Shown here: piece after piece, positions 9,059-18,811 of the stretch
Position numbering within the stretch: position 1 is the stretch's first letter
Layout of the letters: each line of letters opens with the position of its first letter
Source of the DNA: Acidobacteriota bacterium
GTDB lineage: Bacteria > Acidobacteriota > Vicinamibacteria > Vicinamibacterales > UBA2999
Length of the DNA: 64,000 nt
Assembly (NCBI GenBank): GCA_003222635.1
Contig: QHWQ01000313.1
Span: 873-64,872 of the forward strand
Reading direction: 5' to 3'
Notes under the pieces: model-generated
Seen by the model: the letters and a program-made list of their open reading frames with translations, nothing else
What the model was told of the DNA's origin: nothing
Databases searched by the model: none
Made by a program: the position numbers and the translations under genes

Positions 9059-12037
9059 ATGCGCACACGGATCATTGCGCACGTCGCTGCGATACTGTTC
9101 GTTCTTCCTCTGCACGCCTTTGCACAACAAGGAACCGCCGAAATCGCCGGACGGATCACGGATGAACAGGGCGGCGCCCTGCCGGGCGTGACCATCACGT
9201 TCACCGACGAGGAGACCGGCGCGTTCCGCGAGGTCCTGACCGGCGCGGATGGGAGCTTCTCGGCGCCGCAGATGCGCCCCGGCCGATACCACATGGTCGC
9301 GAAGCTCCAGAGCTTCGCGACGTTCGAACGCAACGGCCTGATCCTGCAAATCGGGCAGACGATGATCGTCAACGGGACGATGCGCGTCGGAGCGCTCACG
9401 GAATCGGTGGAAGTCACCGCCGAGTCGCCGCTCGTCGACACGACGAGCGCGAAGGTCGGCGGCAACATCGGCACCGACGAATTGAGCGAGCTGCCGACGA
9501 TGAACCGCAACTACTTCGCGACCGTCGCCCTGGTGCCCGGCGTTCAGTTCGCGCCGTCGAACCAGATGGGCAACGACACCATCATCGCCTCGGGGCAGAC
9601 GAGCCAGAACAACCTCGTGACGATCGACGGCGGCTACGATTCCGACGATGCGCTCGGCACGAGCGCGGGCGCGCAGGTGCGGACCCCGCTCGAAGCGATC
9701 CAGGAATTCCAGGTCGTGACGAGCATGTACGACGCGGAATTCGGACGGGCGAGCGGCGCGGTCGTCAACGCCATCACCAAGTCGGGCACGAACCAGTTCA
9801 AGGGCGTGCTCTTCGGGTACTCGGCGCCGAACACGCTGACGTCGACGGATTTCTTCGCCAAGCAGAGCGGCCTGCCGAAGGCGACGACCACCAAACGTGA
9901 GTGGGGCGGCGTGATCGGCGGACCGATCGTGAAGAACAAGGCCCATTTCTTCTTCAGCCTCGAGCGCCAGGTCGACAATCCGAACCGTTCGAAGGTGTTT
10001 CCGACGCGCCCCGGGCTCAACTTTTCGATCGCGGAGGATCGCACCGACTGGAACACGCTCGTTCGCGTCGATCACCAGATCAACTCCAATCACACGTGGG
10101 CCGTGCGCTGGCTGCGCGAGTGGGCGCCGCAGTGGTACACGATCGGCGCGGCCAAGCAGACGCTCGAATCGTACCAGGATGAGACCGACCTCGATCAGAC
10201 CGCCATCGGCACGCTCACGAGCGTGCTGAGCAGCCAGCGCGTCAACACCTTCCGCGTCGCGCGCACGTGGGAGCACTGGTGGCACGGCAACGAGTGCTTC
10301 CGGAAGCAGGGCTCCTCGGGCGGCCGTGAAGGCTTCGCCTTCGGCCAGGAGGCGCAAGGCAACCAGGCGCTCTGCCCGCCGCAGCTGAATTATCAGAGCT
10401 TCTTCGCGCAGGCGAGCACCGAGTCGCAGGGGCCGTGGGACTCGAACTACATGGTCGAGGACGACTACTCGTGGTTCGTGCCGAACAAGCACGGCGCCCA
10501 CGATCTCAAGTTCGGGTTCCGCTACAACTTCACCGAGCTGCGCCGCGTGTCGCAGATCAACGAGAACGGCACGTTCACGTTCAACACCGACCTGCCGTTC
10601 GATGCGGCGAACCCGCGGACCTACGCGGAGCGCTTCTCGATCCGCACCGGCGCGTACAACGAGTACATCAAGAACCACACGAACGAAGCGTTTGCGCAGG
10701 ATACGTGGCGGGTGACGCCGCGGACGACGCTGAGCCTCGGCGTCCGCTACGACCTCGAGATCATCCCGATGGACGAGACCGGCAACCCGCTGTTCAAGGA
10801 TCCGAAGGCGTATCCCGTCGACAGGAACAACATCAGTCCGCGCGTCGGCCTGACGCATGCGCTCGACGCCGAAGGCAAATCGCTCGTGCGCGCCGGCTAT
10901 GGCATCTTCTACAACCGCTCGATCCTCGGCGCGGTAGACGATGCGATCGAATTCGCCAAGTCCACGACCTCCGCGGTCGTGATGTTCCCGACCAACGCGG
11001 CCGATCCGGGTCCGAGCGCCGGACGGCTTCCCACCGACCCGTTCCTGGCGAACGGTCCCGTCGTCAACCGCACGCTGCTCAACCAGCTCTATCCTCCGGG
11101 CGTGCCGCTGAAGAACGACGGGACGGTGATCTTCGATTCGCCCAATCGGCAGCAGCCGTACGCGCATCAATTCACGGCGGGCTACGTTCGGCAGATCGCG
11201 TCGCAGCTGGCGCTGCACGCCGACTACGTCATGATGAGGAACCGCGACATGTTCCTCTCGCGGAATCTCAATCCGGCGGTGCGCGTGGACACGAGCCGCA
11301 CCGGCGCGCTGACGCGGGTTGATGCGTTCGGCGTTCTCGGTGAAGCGTACAAGCAGCAGGTGTATCTCTTCGAGAACACCGGCTGGTCGAATTACGACGC
11401 GCTGAACCTGGCGCTCGAAAAGCGCTACTCGCGCAACTGGTCGGCGCGCGTCTCGTATTCGCTCTCGAAGTCGCGGGGCATCGCGGAAAACCAGGCGGAC
11501 CGGGACACCTATTCGTTCCTCACCGATCAGAATTACGATCTGTGGACCGGACCGAGCAGCGTCGACCGCACGCATGTCCTGTCGATCGGCGCGCGCACCG
11601 AGATCCCGAAGACGCGCGGCGCGAACCTCTCGACGACAATCCGGTACATGAGCGGTGCGCCGTTCACCATCTACAACAGCGCGGTCGACGTGAACCGCAA
11701 TGGCGAGCTGGAGGATCCGGTTCCGGTGGGCACCTACAGCGGGACGGCGTTGAACGGCATGCAGAACGTGAAGTTCGACGGAAAGCGCAACGGCGCGCGC
11801 GGTCCCGACTACTTCCAGGCCGACGTGCGGGCCGGCTGGCATCTTCCGCTGCAGCAGCGGAGGACGCTCGAGCTGTTCCTGGACATCTACAACATCACCA
11901 ACCGCGCGAACTTCGATATCCCGATCCTCGCCAACCGCGACCAGCGCGTGCCGTCGACGTTCCTGGTCCTCACGCAGCTGTATGGCGGCGGCGGGTTTCC
12001 CCGGCAGGCGCAGGCGGGCGTGCGGTTCGCTTTCTAA
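9059..12037 (+). CDS. TonB-dependent outer-membrane receptor with an N-terminal carboxypeptidase-regulatory-like domain
   Basis: Signal peptide MRTRIIAHVAAILFVLPLHAFAQQ. CarboxypepD_reg-like segment GRITDEQGGALPGVTITF...GRYHMVAKLQSF. Plug-like region, 992 aa long, with a terminal aromatic residue (...GVRFAF). Confidence 0.85.
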   Translation: MRTRIIAHVAAILFVLPLHAFAQQGTAEIAGRITDEQGGALPGVTITFTDEETGAFREVLTGADGSFSAPQMRPGRYHMVAKLQSFATFERNGLILQIGQTMIVNGTMRVGALTESVEVTAESPLVDTTSAKVGGNIGTDELSELPTMNRNYFATVALVPGVQFAPSNQMGNDTIIASGQTSQNNLVTIDGGYDSDDALGTSAGAQVRTPLEAIQEFQVVTSMYDAEFGRASGAVVNAITKSGTNQFKGVLFGYSAPNTLTSTDFFAKQSGLPKATTTKREWGGVIGGPIVKNKAHFFFSLERQVDNPNRSKVFPTRPGLNFSIAEDRTDWNTLVRVDHQINSNHTWAVRWLREWAPQWYTIGAAKQTLESYQDETDLDQTAIGTLTSVLSSQRVNTFRVARTWEHWWHGNECFRKQGSSGGREGFAFGQEAQGNQALCPPQLNYQSFFAQASTESQGPWDSNYMVEDDYSWFVPNKHGAHDLKFGFRYNFTELRRVSQINENGTFTFNTDLPFDAANPRTYAERFSIRTGAYNEYIKNHTNEAFAQDTWRVTPRTTLSLGVRYDLEIIPMDETGNPLFKDPKAYPVDRNNISPRVGLTHALDAEGKSLVRAGYGIFYNRSILGAVDDAIEFAKSTTSAVVMFPTNAADPGPSAGRLPTDPFLANGPVVNRTLLNQLYPPGVPLKNDGTVIFDSPNRQQPYAHQFTAGYVRQIASQLALHADYVMMRNRDMFLSRNLNPAVRVDTSRTGALTRVDAFGVLGEAYKQQVYLFENTGWSNYDALNLALEKRYSRNWSARVSYSLSKSRGIAENQADRDTYSFLTDQNYDLWTGPSSVDRTHVLSIGARTEIPKTRGANLSTTIRYMSGAPFTIYNSAVDVNRNGELEDPVPVGTYSGTALNGMQNVKFDGKRNGARGPDYFQADVRAGWHLPLQQRRTLELFLDIYNITNRANFDIPILANRDQRVPSTFLVLTQLYGGGGFPRQAQAGVRFAF

Positions 12038-12067
12038 ACGTTCGATGTCTGGTCCTGTTGAAGGGGC

Positions 12068-12823
12068 ATGCCGATGCGACTCGTGATTCTGCTCACCGTG
12101 CTGTCGGCAGCGCTCGCCGCGCCACAACCGGCCTCTGCCCAGAGGGCGGGCGGTGCGCAACCGCCCGCGCCCACGAACCTCAAAGTACTGGCGCCGAACA
12201 CCGACATGCCGTTCACCATGCAGCTGTTCGACGAAGCGCTCGGCGTACAGTGCACGTATTGCCACGTGCAGGGTGACTTGGCGAGCGACGCGAATCCCAA
12301 GAAAGACATCGCGCGAAAAATGATCGGGATCGTGCGACAGATCGACGGCAGCTTCCCCAGCAGTACCGGCGTGTTCCCGGCCGGCTACCACGAAGTGGAC
12401 TGCACGACGTGCCACCGCGGCAGCGTCAAGCCGGAGACCGAGGCAGCCAGGGAGTTCTACAACCGCGGCGAGTCGCTCGGCGGACCTGCCCCGCAGGTGA
12501 CGGCCGCCGTGAATTTGAAAGTGCTGCCACCCGGCACGCAGGTCCATGGCGGGGGAGTCATGCACGAGTTCCGCAACGCACTCCACGTCGACTGCTCGTT
12601 CTGCCACGGTGGCGGCCGGCCGTTCGAGGCGGAGGCGAACCCGCGGAAGGACATCGCCCGCAACATGATTCTGCTGGTTCGGCAGATCAACACGAATTTC
12701 CCTGGCATGGGTGTGTTCCCGAACGGGCCGCAGGCCGTCACCTGCTGGACGTGCCATCGCGGGGATCCGCATCCGACGGGCATCAACAACAAGGACTACG
12801 GTCCGCCGAAGGGAGCCCAGTAG
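12068..12823 (+). CDS. Tetrahaem c-type cytochrome, an internal duplication of a photosynthetic-reaction-centre cytochrome c subunit-like module
   Basis: Signal peptide plus four CxxCH motifs (CTYCH, CTTCH, CSFCH, CWTCH). The two halves align to each other (NLKVLAPN...PKKDIARKMIGIVRQI...CTTCHRG versus NLKVLPPG...PRKDIARNMILLVRQI...CWTCHRG). Confidence 0.8.
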   Translation: MPMRLVILLTVLSAALAAPQPASAQRAGGAQPPAPTNLKVLAPNTDMPFTMQLFDEALGVQCTYCHVQGDLASDANPKKDIARKMIGIVRQIDGSFPSSTGVFPAGYHEVDCTTCHRGSVKPETEAAREFYNRGESLGGPAPQVTAAVNLKVLPPGTQVHGGGVMHEFRNALHVDCSFCHGGGRPFEAEANPRKDIARNMILLVRQINTNFPGMGVFPNGPQAVTCWTCHRGDPHPTGINNKDYGPPKGAQ

Positions 12824-12905
12824 ATCGTTCGAATCGTTCGAGTCGTTCTGCCGTTCGAGAACGGAACGATCCGAACTCTCCGAACGCCCCGAACGGTTCG
12901 AACGT
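12824..12905. repeat. Imperfect palindrome built from about 9-nt periodic repeats (CGTTCG units, then complementary CGAAC units) between convergent genes
   Basis: The left arm gatcgttcgaatcgttcgagtcgttctgccgttcgag is followed by aacggaacgatccgaactctccgaacgccccgaacggttcgaacgttc. The central ccgtt/aacgg stem is extendable with bulges. The element fills the whole gap between the stop codons at 12823 and 12906. Confidence 0.7.
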
Positions 12906-15900
12906 TCAGAATTCGATCTGTCCGCTGAACTTCAGCAGACGGCCGCCCATGATCTCGTAGGGCACGAGCCAGTTGCTGCCGTAGCCCGCGTTCATCGACA
13001 GAATCGACGCGCCGTTGAGCACGTTGTAGACGTCGAAGTTGCCTCGCAGCGTCGTCCTGCCGACCCGCACGCGTCTGGTGACGCGCAGGTCCAGTTGATT
13101 GAGCCGGGATTCATAGTTGGCGATCGGATCGAGCAGCTCCACGTTGATGTTGGCGTTGCAGGTGGCCGCCCCGCGGCACTGCGCCAGATCGCGGCCCAGC
13201 GACGTTCGCACGACCGCGTTGCTCGTCGGGTTGGTGGCGGTGACCGGAATGCCGGGAATGTTCTGGAACGTCGCGCTCGTTTGCAGATCCCACGGCAGCG
13301 GATACACCACCAGGAACTTGATCTGCGTGCCGGCGGACCATGGCCGCACGTTACGGCAGTTCTGGCCGGAGGTCCACGAGCTGATGCCGCCCGCCGCCTG
13401 CGTGATCGTGTCGGTCCCCTGCAGCGCCTCGGGAACTTTCGCGGTCACTCCACACGCGTCGTACACCGTGCGGCCGACGCTCAGGCCTCCGGAGAACTGA
13501 CCGCGCTGCGCGAATCGCGTGTTCAGCGTGACATCGATCCCGTTGAAGACCTCGCTCCGCTTGCCGTAGTTCGAGGCCTGCGTGCGGAGGTTCTGCGTCA
13601 CGCCGAAGAGCGCTGGCTTGACGTCGTACAGGCCGCAGAGCTGCTGTCCGCTGTTCGGAAGCCGGACATCCGTCGGGGCGGCCATGCAGAACGAATCGTA
13701 GTCCGCCGCGCTGGTGGCGAGATTGTCGGTGACGAGGAAGTTGTCATACCACGTGCGGAAGTACCCGACGTTGAGCGCCATGCCCGGGCGCAGCTCCTGC
13801 TGGATCGAGACCGCAGCCTGCCAGTTGGAGAACTGCTTGTTGAAGCCTTTCAACGCATCGTCGGCAAATGTGGTGTTGCCCGCGCGCACCTGGCCGAATG
13901 TCGCATCCGACAGCGCGCCGCACTCGCCGTTGGCGCCCGGGACGCTCGCGTCGAGGACACAGTCGGGAATGTAGTTGCCGTTGGCGTCATTCCACGTTCG
14001 CGTCGCGTTGGTGGCCTGGTTCGATGCCGGGTTATTCGACGCGGCAGTCGTGTACGGCACGAATCGTCCGAGGGACGCCTTCAGCGCGCTCTTGCCGGTG
14101 CCGAACAGGTCGTACGAGATGCCGAGGCGCGGGTCCACGTTCCTCCAGTCGGGCACTCCCTTGGCGGCGGGGAAATCGCGCGCGGGCACGAAGATTCCGG
14201 CTGGCAGGTGATGCTCCGGCACGACTCCGTACAGGCCGTCGTACCGCACGCCCAGGTTGAGCGTCGCTTTCTTCACGACCCACTGGTCCTGCGCGTAGAT
14301 GCCGAGGCTGTTGGTATGTTCCACGACTTCGAACGGCGTCGCCCAGATCGTCACCGACTGCGGCACGCGGTTCCTGAAGGTGTACGAGCGCGCGCCGGTG
14401 ATCTGGTTCAGGTCGTTATAGGCCCCTTCGCGCCCGAGGTAGTACTGCTGCAGGAAGTACCCGACCTTGAGGCTGTGCGTCCCCGTGATGTAGGAGGCGG
14501 AGAAACGGCTGTTGTACTTGTTGACGAAGCGGCGAGTGTAGCTGCCGGACCAGAGGTTGTTGTTCGCGTCGGAACCGTAGACGACATTCAGCGCGAGATC
14601 CGTGACGCGAATGTCGTTCGCGCCGACGAGCGTGCCATCCCGTTTCAGGTCATCCTGCCGTCGCGAGTCTTCGTCCAGCACGTTTTCCGAAAAGCCCGCT
14701 TCGAGGAGCAGCCTGTTCGTCACGGGATAACTCCAGCTGACGAGCGGCAGATACTGCGGGTTGTACACGTGCAGACCGCGAGACTCGGGCGTCGGCTTCA
14801 CCGCGTTGACGCCGCCAACGCCGGTGAGGCCGAACGGACAGCTGCAGTTGTTCTGCAGTGAGAAGGACGCGACGAGCTTCTGTTTCTGCGTCGCCTGCCA
14901 CGTCAACCGCGCACTGTGGTCCTCGAAGTACTCGTTGTTGCGCGCGACGCGCGTCAGATCCGGCTCGTAGAACAACGTGCCCTGCAGCTTGTTGAAGTAA
15001 CTGCCCTGGATGTACCGCGAGGCGCCCCACCACCGCTGGGCCGTGAAGAACCAGAGCTTGTCGCGAACGATCGGACCGCCGAGCGCGCCGCCGTTGTCGT
15101 ACGAATGCCGGATGGAGATGTCGGTATTCAGCCCGCGCGCGCGCAGGTCGTCATTCAGGTTGCCGCTCTGCAGCTTCGGCCCCGCATACGCCATGCTCAG
15201 GCTTCCGGAGAACTGATTGCCGCCATCCTTCTGGATGATGTTGACCTGAATGCCGCCGCTCATCGCCTCGGCGGACATGCCGCCCGTCTCGACGACGACC
15301 TCCTGGAACGACTGCGAATTGAAGCTGAAGACGCCGAGCGCCTGCTGGTTCTGGTTCATGCCGTCGACGTTCGTGCTGAGGTCCGCGCCCCGCTGGCCGT
15401 GCACGCCGAACTGGCCGCCTTCACCCTGGTTGCCGCCGACGTCCTGGAACGTCGGGTTGGTGTAGGTCGCGCCGGGAATGATCGACGCGTACTGGCCGAT
15501 GCGCTTCGTGGTCGGAATCGCATCGAGCGTCTCGCGCGCGATGGTCGTCTGCTGCCGCACGTTCTGGATATCGACCACCGATGCTTCGCCTGAGACCGTG
15601 ATCGTCTCGGCGACCGTGCCGACCTTCATCTCGGCGTTGACCTGCGCGGTGAACGCGGTCGTCAGCTCGATGCCGTCTCGCTTGAACGTCGCGAAGCCGG
15701 GCAGCGTGAAGCTGACCTCGTACGTGCCGGGCCGCAGGTCGACGATCCGGTACAGACCCTGGCTGTCGGTGGTGACGGACCGAACCTTCTCGATCAGCGC
15801 AGGGCTGCTGGCTTCCACGGTGACGCCGGGCATCACGGCACCGGAGGTGTCGCGCGCGATTCCCGCGATCGTGCCGCTGGTTGTCTGGGCCTGGCTGGGG

Positions 15901-15959
15901 AGTGCGCATACTGAGAGAATCGACAGCATCAGAAACGATGCAATTCGGCAGGGCTTCAT
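12906..15959 (-). CDS. TonB-dependent outer-membrane receptor with an N-terminal carboxypeptidase-regulatory-like domain
   Basis: This is part of track ORF 12906..17333, which is an artefactual read-through. The real start is MKPCRIASFLMLSILSVCALPSQAQ at 15959. It has a GIARDTSGAVMPGVTVEA...GTYEVSFTLPGF domain and ends ...KFSGQIEF. Confidence 0.85.
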   Translation of the reverse strand: MKPCRIASFLMLSILSVCALPSQAQTTSGTIAGIARDTSGAVMPGVTVEASSPALIEKVRSVTTDSQGLYRIVDLRPGTYEVSFTLPGFATFKRDGIELTTAFTAQVNAEMKVGTVAETITVSGEASVVDIQNVRQQTTIARETLDAIPTTKRIGQYASIIPGATYTNPTFQDVGGNQGEGGQFGVHGQRGADLSTNVDGMNQNQQALGVFSFNSQSFQEVVVETGGMSAEAMSGGIQVNIIQKDGGNQFSGSLSMAYAGPKLQSGNLNDDLRARGLNTDISIRHSYDNGGALGGPIVRDKLWFFTAQRWWGASRYIQGSYFNKLQGTLFYEPDLTRVARNNEYFEDHSARLTWQATQKQKLVASFSLQNNCSCPFGLTGVGGVNAVKPTPESRGLHVYNPQYLPLVSWSYPVTNRLLLEAGFSENVLDEDSRRQDDLKRDGTLVGANDIRVTDLALNVVYGSDANNNLWSGSYTRRFVNKYNSRFSASYITGTHSLKVGYFLQQYYLGREGAYNDLNQITGARSYTFRNRVPQSVTIWATPFEVVEHTNSLGIYAQDQWVVKKATLNLGVRYDGLYGVVPEHHLPAGIFVPARDFPAAKGVPDWRNVDPRLGISYDLFGTGKSALKASLGRFVPYTTAASNNPASNQATNATRTWNDANGNYIPDCVLDASVPGANGECGALSDATFGQVRAGNTTFADDALKGFNKQFSNWQAAVSIQQELRPGMALNVGYFRTWYDNFLVTDNLATSAADYDSFCMAAPTDVRLPNSGQQLCGLYDVKPALFGVTQNLRTQASNYGKRSEVFNGIDVTLNTRFAQRGQFSGGLSVGRTVYDACGVTAKVPEALQGTDTITQAAGGISSWTSGQNCRNVRPWSAGTQIKFLVVYPLPWDLQTSATFQNIPGIPVTATNPTSNAVVRTSLGRDLAQCRGAATCNANINVELLDPIANYESRLNQLDLRVTRRVRVGRTTLRGNFDVYNVLNGASILSMNAGYGSNWLVPYEIMGGRLLKFSGQIEF

Positions 15960-16027
15960 CGCCTTCTCCTTTGCCTGACGGGCAGGTCTCCAGCGCAAAA
16001 AGGTTTTACCGAAGAGGGGACCGACTG

Positions 16028-17686
16028 TTACGGACGAAGCACGTACGCCGGCGAGGTCGTATTCTGCCCCTTGTCGCAGCAGCTTGCGAGGAAATTCGGT
16101 CGATAGGGACCCGTGAAACTGTTGTTGCCGCGTGGAAGCTGCCCAGACTTTGCGTGGCCGTTGATGCGAGTCAGCACGCGATCGCGCGCCTGTTCGATCT
16201 GCCCGAGCAGCTTGTCGACGTCCCACCCGACGTGCTTCCCCTTCCAGTAGACGACCTTCCCCGCGATCACCACGTCCCGCACGTGCCGCGGATTCATCAT
16301 CGTCACGATCGTGCCCGGCACGTTGTTCATCGGCCACGTGTTGATGCTGTGCGCGTCGAGGACGACGATGTCGGCTTCCTTGCCGGGCGTAAGTGTGCCG
16401 ACATTGTCGAGCACGCGGTTCGACGCGGCGCCGGCGATGGTGGCCATCTCGATGACCTGCCGGCACGTCAGCGCCTGCGGGACGGGAAGCTGACCGGGGT
16501 TGGTCTCGGGGAACGCGAGATCGTTGGCGAGCGCGCGCTGCAGGCAGAAGGCGCCGCGCATCAGCGAGAAGGGATCCGTCGTCATGTTGGTGTCCACGTC
16601 GGGACTGAGGCTCGGCAGAATGCCGTGGTCGAGTGCCTGTTGCAACGGCGGCATCCCATGGCGCATCTGCATCTCGATGAGAACGGCGATTGAGACGTGC
16701 GCGCCTCTGTCTCGCCAGATCTCCCACGCGGGCTTCTGCCACCGCGTGCAGTGGATGAAGGTGACGTCGGACCAGTCGGTTCCGTTTCTCGGATCCGCCG
16801 CGGCGCTCATGACGATGTTCTGGCCGCCGACGTTGTGGTTGTGAATGGATGCGCCGAACGCGCGCGCCAGCTGCCAGCCGGTGAAGTCCGCGCCGGGTGC
16901 GGCAGGTCCCGGGCCACCGCCGAACCCGAGCGTGACGAGTTGATCTCGGGACGAGAAGTACTTCTTCGCGATGCGGCCGATCCCCTTCGTGGTGTCGTGC
17001 ATCGCGCCGGGGAATTCGTAGGCCTGACCATCGGCCGAGCGGTCGATCCCGGCGGAGTACGCGTAGACCATGCGCCGTCCCGAATCCATCAGCCCTTTGA
17101 TCATCGCGTCGGTGTGTTCGGGCGTATGCGACGACTGTGACGTATCGGTGCCGGTCGTGATGCCCTCGCTGATTTCGCTGAGGCAGGCGACGAGCTCCGA
17201 GATGTAGCAGTCCTCGGGGTCGTACGGAGGGCGGCCGAGATCCCAGACGATCTTGTTTGGGTCCGCTGCATCGGCGATGCGTCCGGCGGTCCAGATGTTC
17301 TGCACGACCGAGCCGTAGCTTTCCTCCGGCCACGCGCCCGTCAGCAGACCATCAGGGATCATGCTGCGCTGCAGCGTTTCGTACTGGTGATGATGGGTCG
17401 TGATGAACCCGGGCATGACGATGGTGCCCGAGCAGTCGACGACCTCGGCGTCGCCGGCCGAAATGGTTGGCGCAATCCGGGCGATCCGCGGACCGTCGAT
17501 CAGCACGTCCGCCTTTTCGAAATCGCCCACCCGCGGATCGAGCGTGAGGACGACGCCGCCGTGCAGCAGGATGCGGCGCTTGCGGCCGTCGCCGACGAGA
17601 TCGGAGGACGTTCCACAGCCGACGGTTGAAATGGTGGAGGCGGCAAGACCCGCCGCACTTGCCTTGATGAATTCGCGTCGTCTCAT
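16028..17686 (-). CDS. TAT-exported amidohydrolase-superfamily protein (metal-dependent hydrolase/deaminase-like)
   Basis: Twin-arginine signal MRRREFIKASAAGLAAS. Amidohydrolase signatures ILLHGGVVLTLDP and PGFITTHHHQYE (HxH). 552 aa. Confidence 0.8.
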   Translation of the reverse strand: MRRREFIKASAAGLAASTISTVGCGTSSDLVGDGRKRRILLHGGVVLTLDPRVGDFEKADVLIDGPRIARIAPTISAGDAEVVDCSGTIVMPGFITTHHHQYETLQRSMIPDGLLTGAWPEESYGSVVQNIWTAGRIADAADPNKIVWDLGRPPYDPEDCYISELVACLSEISEGITTGTDTSQSSHTPEHTDAMIKGLMDSGRRMVYAYSAGIDRSADGQAYEFPGAMHDTTKGIGRIAKKYFSSRDQLVTLGFGGGPGPAAPGADFTGWQLARAFGASIHNHNVGGQNIVMSAAADPRNGTDWSDVTFIHCTRWQKPAWEIWRDRGAHVSIAVLIEMQMRHGMPPLQQALDHGILPSLSPDVDTNMTTDPFSLMRGAFCLQRALANDLAFPETNPGQLPVPQALTCRQVIEMATIAGAASNRVLDNVGTLTPGKEADIVVLDAHSINTWPMNNVPGTIVTMMNPRHVRDVVIAGKVVYWKGKHVGWDVDKLLGQIEQARDRVLTRINGHAKSGQLPRGNNSFTGPYRPNFLASCCDKGQNTTSPAYVLRP

Positions 17687-17706
17687 CGCAACCTCCCGCG
17701 GTGCGC

Positions 17707-17735
17707 TAGTATTGACGACCCTGTTGCCGTGTCAA
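17707..17735 (-). promoter_or_regulatory. Candidate sigma70-type promoter for the amidohydrolase gene
   Basis: On the minus strand a perfect TTGACA (17735-17730) is followed after 16-17 nt by AATACT/ATACTA. GGGAGG lies 6 nt upstream of the ATG at 17686. The same DNA forms the inverted repeat ATTGAC-N14-GTCAAT (17711-17736). The leader would be very short, so this call is weak. Confidence 0.25.
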
Positions 17736-17931
17736 TGAGATTTGCAGTGGCGCAATTACAAGCTTGATCGACATCCATGGGTGTGTGTTCATTCTGGGTC
17801 AGTCATCGGGCGGAGTGTGTCGATCTGAAGCCACGGGCCTTGTCCTCCGCAGGTTCGAGGCGTTCGGGGACTCGAATCGTCCACACCTTTCCTTCTGGCG
17901 TGCGACTTGCTGCGCTTCCTCCCGGGTACCT

Positions 17932-18795
17932 ATGGGAAGACGGCATGCTTCGTCCGCGGTTGCGCCACGTATCGGGCTGGCACTTGGCGGAGGGTTCGCG
18001 CGTGGCATCGCCCACGCCGGCGTCCTGAAAGTCTTCGAACGTCACGGCATTCATCTTCACTGCATCACGGGTGTCAGCGCCGGGGCGATTGTTGCGGCCG
18101 CGTACGCCAGCGGCACCGATGCAGAGGAAATCGCCCGCGTCGGCTGTTCGATGCGATTTCGTGACGTGGCGCGATGGCGGATTTGCCGCATGGGAGTCAT
18201 GGGAAGCGATCGGATGAAGCAGTTCCTTTCCGGAGTGCTCAAGGCGCACTCCTTCGAAGACATGCCGATTCCGCTGGGAGTCCTCGCGACCGATCTCTGT
18301 ACTGGCGAACCAGTGTCGTTCCGCGACACCGGCGATGTATTTCTCCCGGTTCGCGCGAGCTGCTCGTATCCGGGTCTGTTTCAGCCGGTGGACGTGGGCG
18401 GTCGACTTCTCGTTGACGGTGCGATGAGCATCGAGATACCCGCGGCCCTCGCGCGCGAGCTCGGGGCGACGCACGTCATCTCGGTTGCGGTTCCGGCGCC
18501 GCCGTTGTGCCGGCCGCCGGCGGATGTTTTTCAGGTCGTGCGGCGATGCTTCCAGATCATGCAGCGGCACAGCGAAGCCGCGTGGCGGAGTGCCAGCGAT
18601 CTGGTGCTCACACCGGATCTCAAGAGCATCGAATGGAATTCGTTCGACGCGGGCAGGGAGCTCGTCACCGCGGGAGAAGCGGCCGCGATGGCGGCATTGC
18701 CCGTGATCCAATCGTGGTTCCCTGACAATAACCTCGCCAGAGAACACGCCATCTTGACAGCAGCGTCAGCCGTGCTGCCGCTTTGCTCTGGCTGA
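17932..18795 (+). CDS. Patatin-like phospholipase
   Basis: ORF 17764..18795, with the likely start at MGRRHASS (17932). Motifs: oxyanion GLALGGGFARG, nucleophile GVSAG, and the DGA dyad motif (LVDGAM). Confidence 0.85.
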   Translation: MGRRHASSAVAPRIGLALGGGFARGIAHAGVLKVFERHGIHLHCITGVSAGAIVAAAYASGTDAEEIARVGCSMRFRDVARWRICRMGVMGSDRMKQFLSGVLKAHSFEDMPIPLGVLATDLCTGEPVSFRDTGDVFLPVRASCSYPGLFQPVDVGGRLLVDGAMSIEIPAALARELGATHVISVAVPAPPLCRPPADVFQVVRRCFQIMQRHSEAAWRSASDLVLTPDLKSIEWNSFDAGRELVTAGEAAAMAALPVIQSWFPDNNLAREHAILTAASAVLPLCSG

Positions 18796-18811
18796 AGCCT
18801 CGCGACTCTCT

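Noticed and set aside
8999-12772. Very long antisense ORFs in the track (for example 8999..12772-, 12711..14861+, 19391..21097+, 29256..30980-, 32340..34148-, 34158..36161-, 39354..41576+, 46069..48774+, 51121..53880-, 55152..56636-, 61202..63184-)
   Set aside because: All lie opposite genes with clear family motifs, and their translations are Arg/Ala/Gly/Pro-rich with no motifs. These are the classic shadow ORFs of high-GC DNA, where stop codons are rare in antisense frames.
12906-17333. A single 1475-aa ORF spanning the TonB receptor and the antisense frame of the amidohydrolase region
   Set aside because: Only the C-terminal 1017 aa are receptor-like. Upstream of MKPCRIASF (15959) the translation is Arg-rich nonsense and overlaps the well-supported amidohydrolase gene in another frame.
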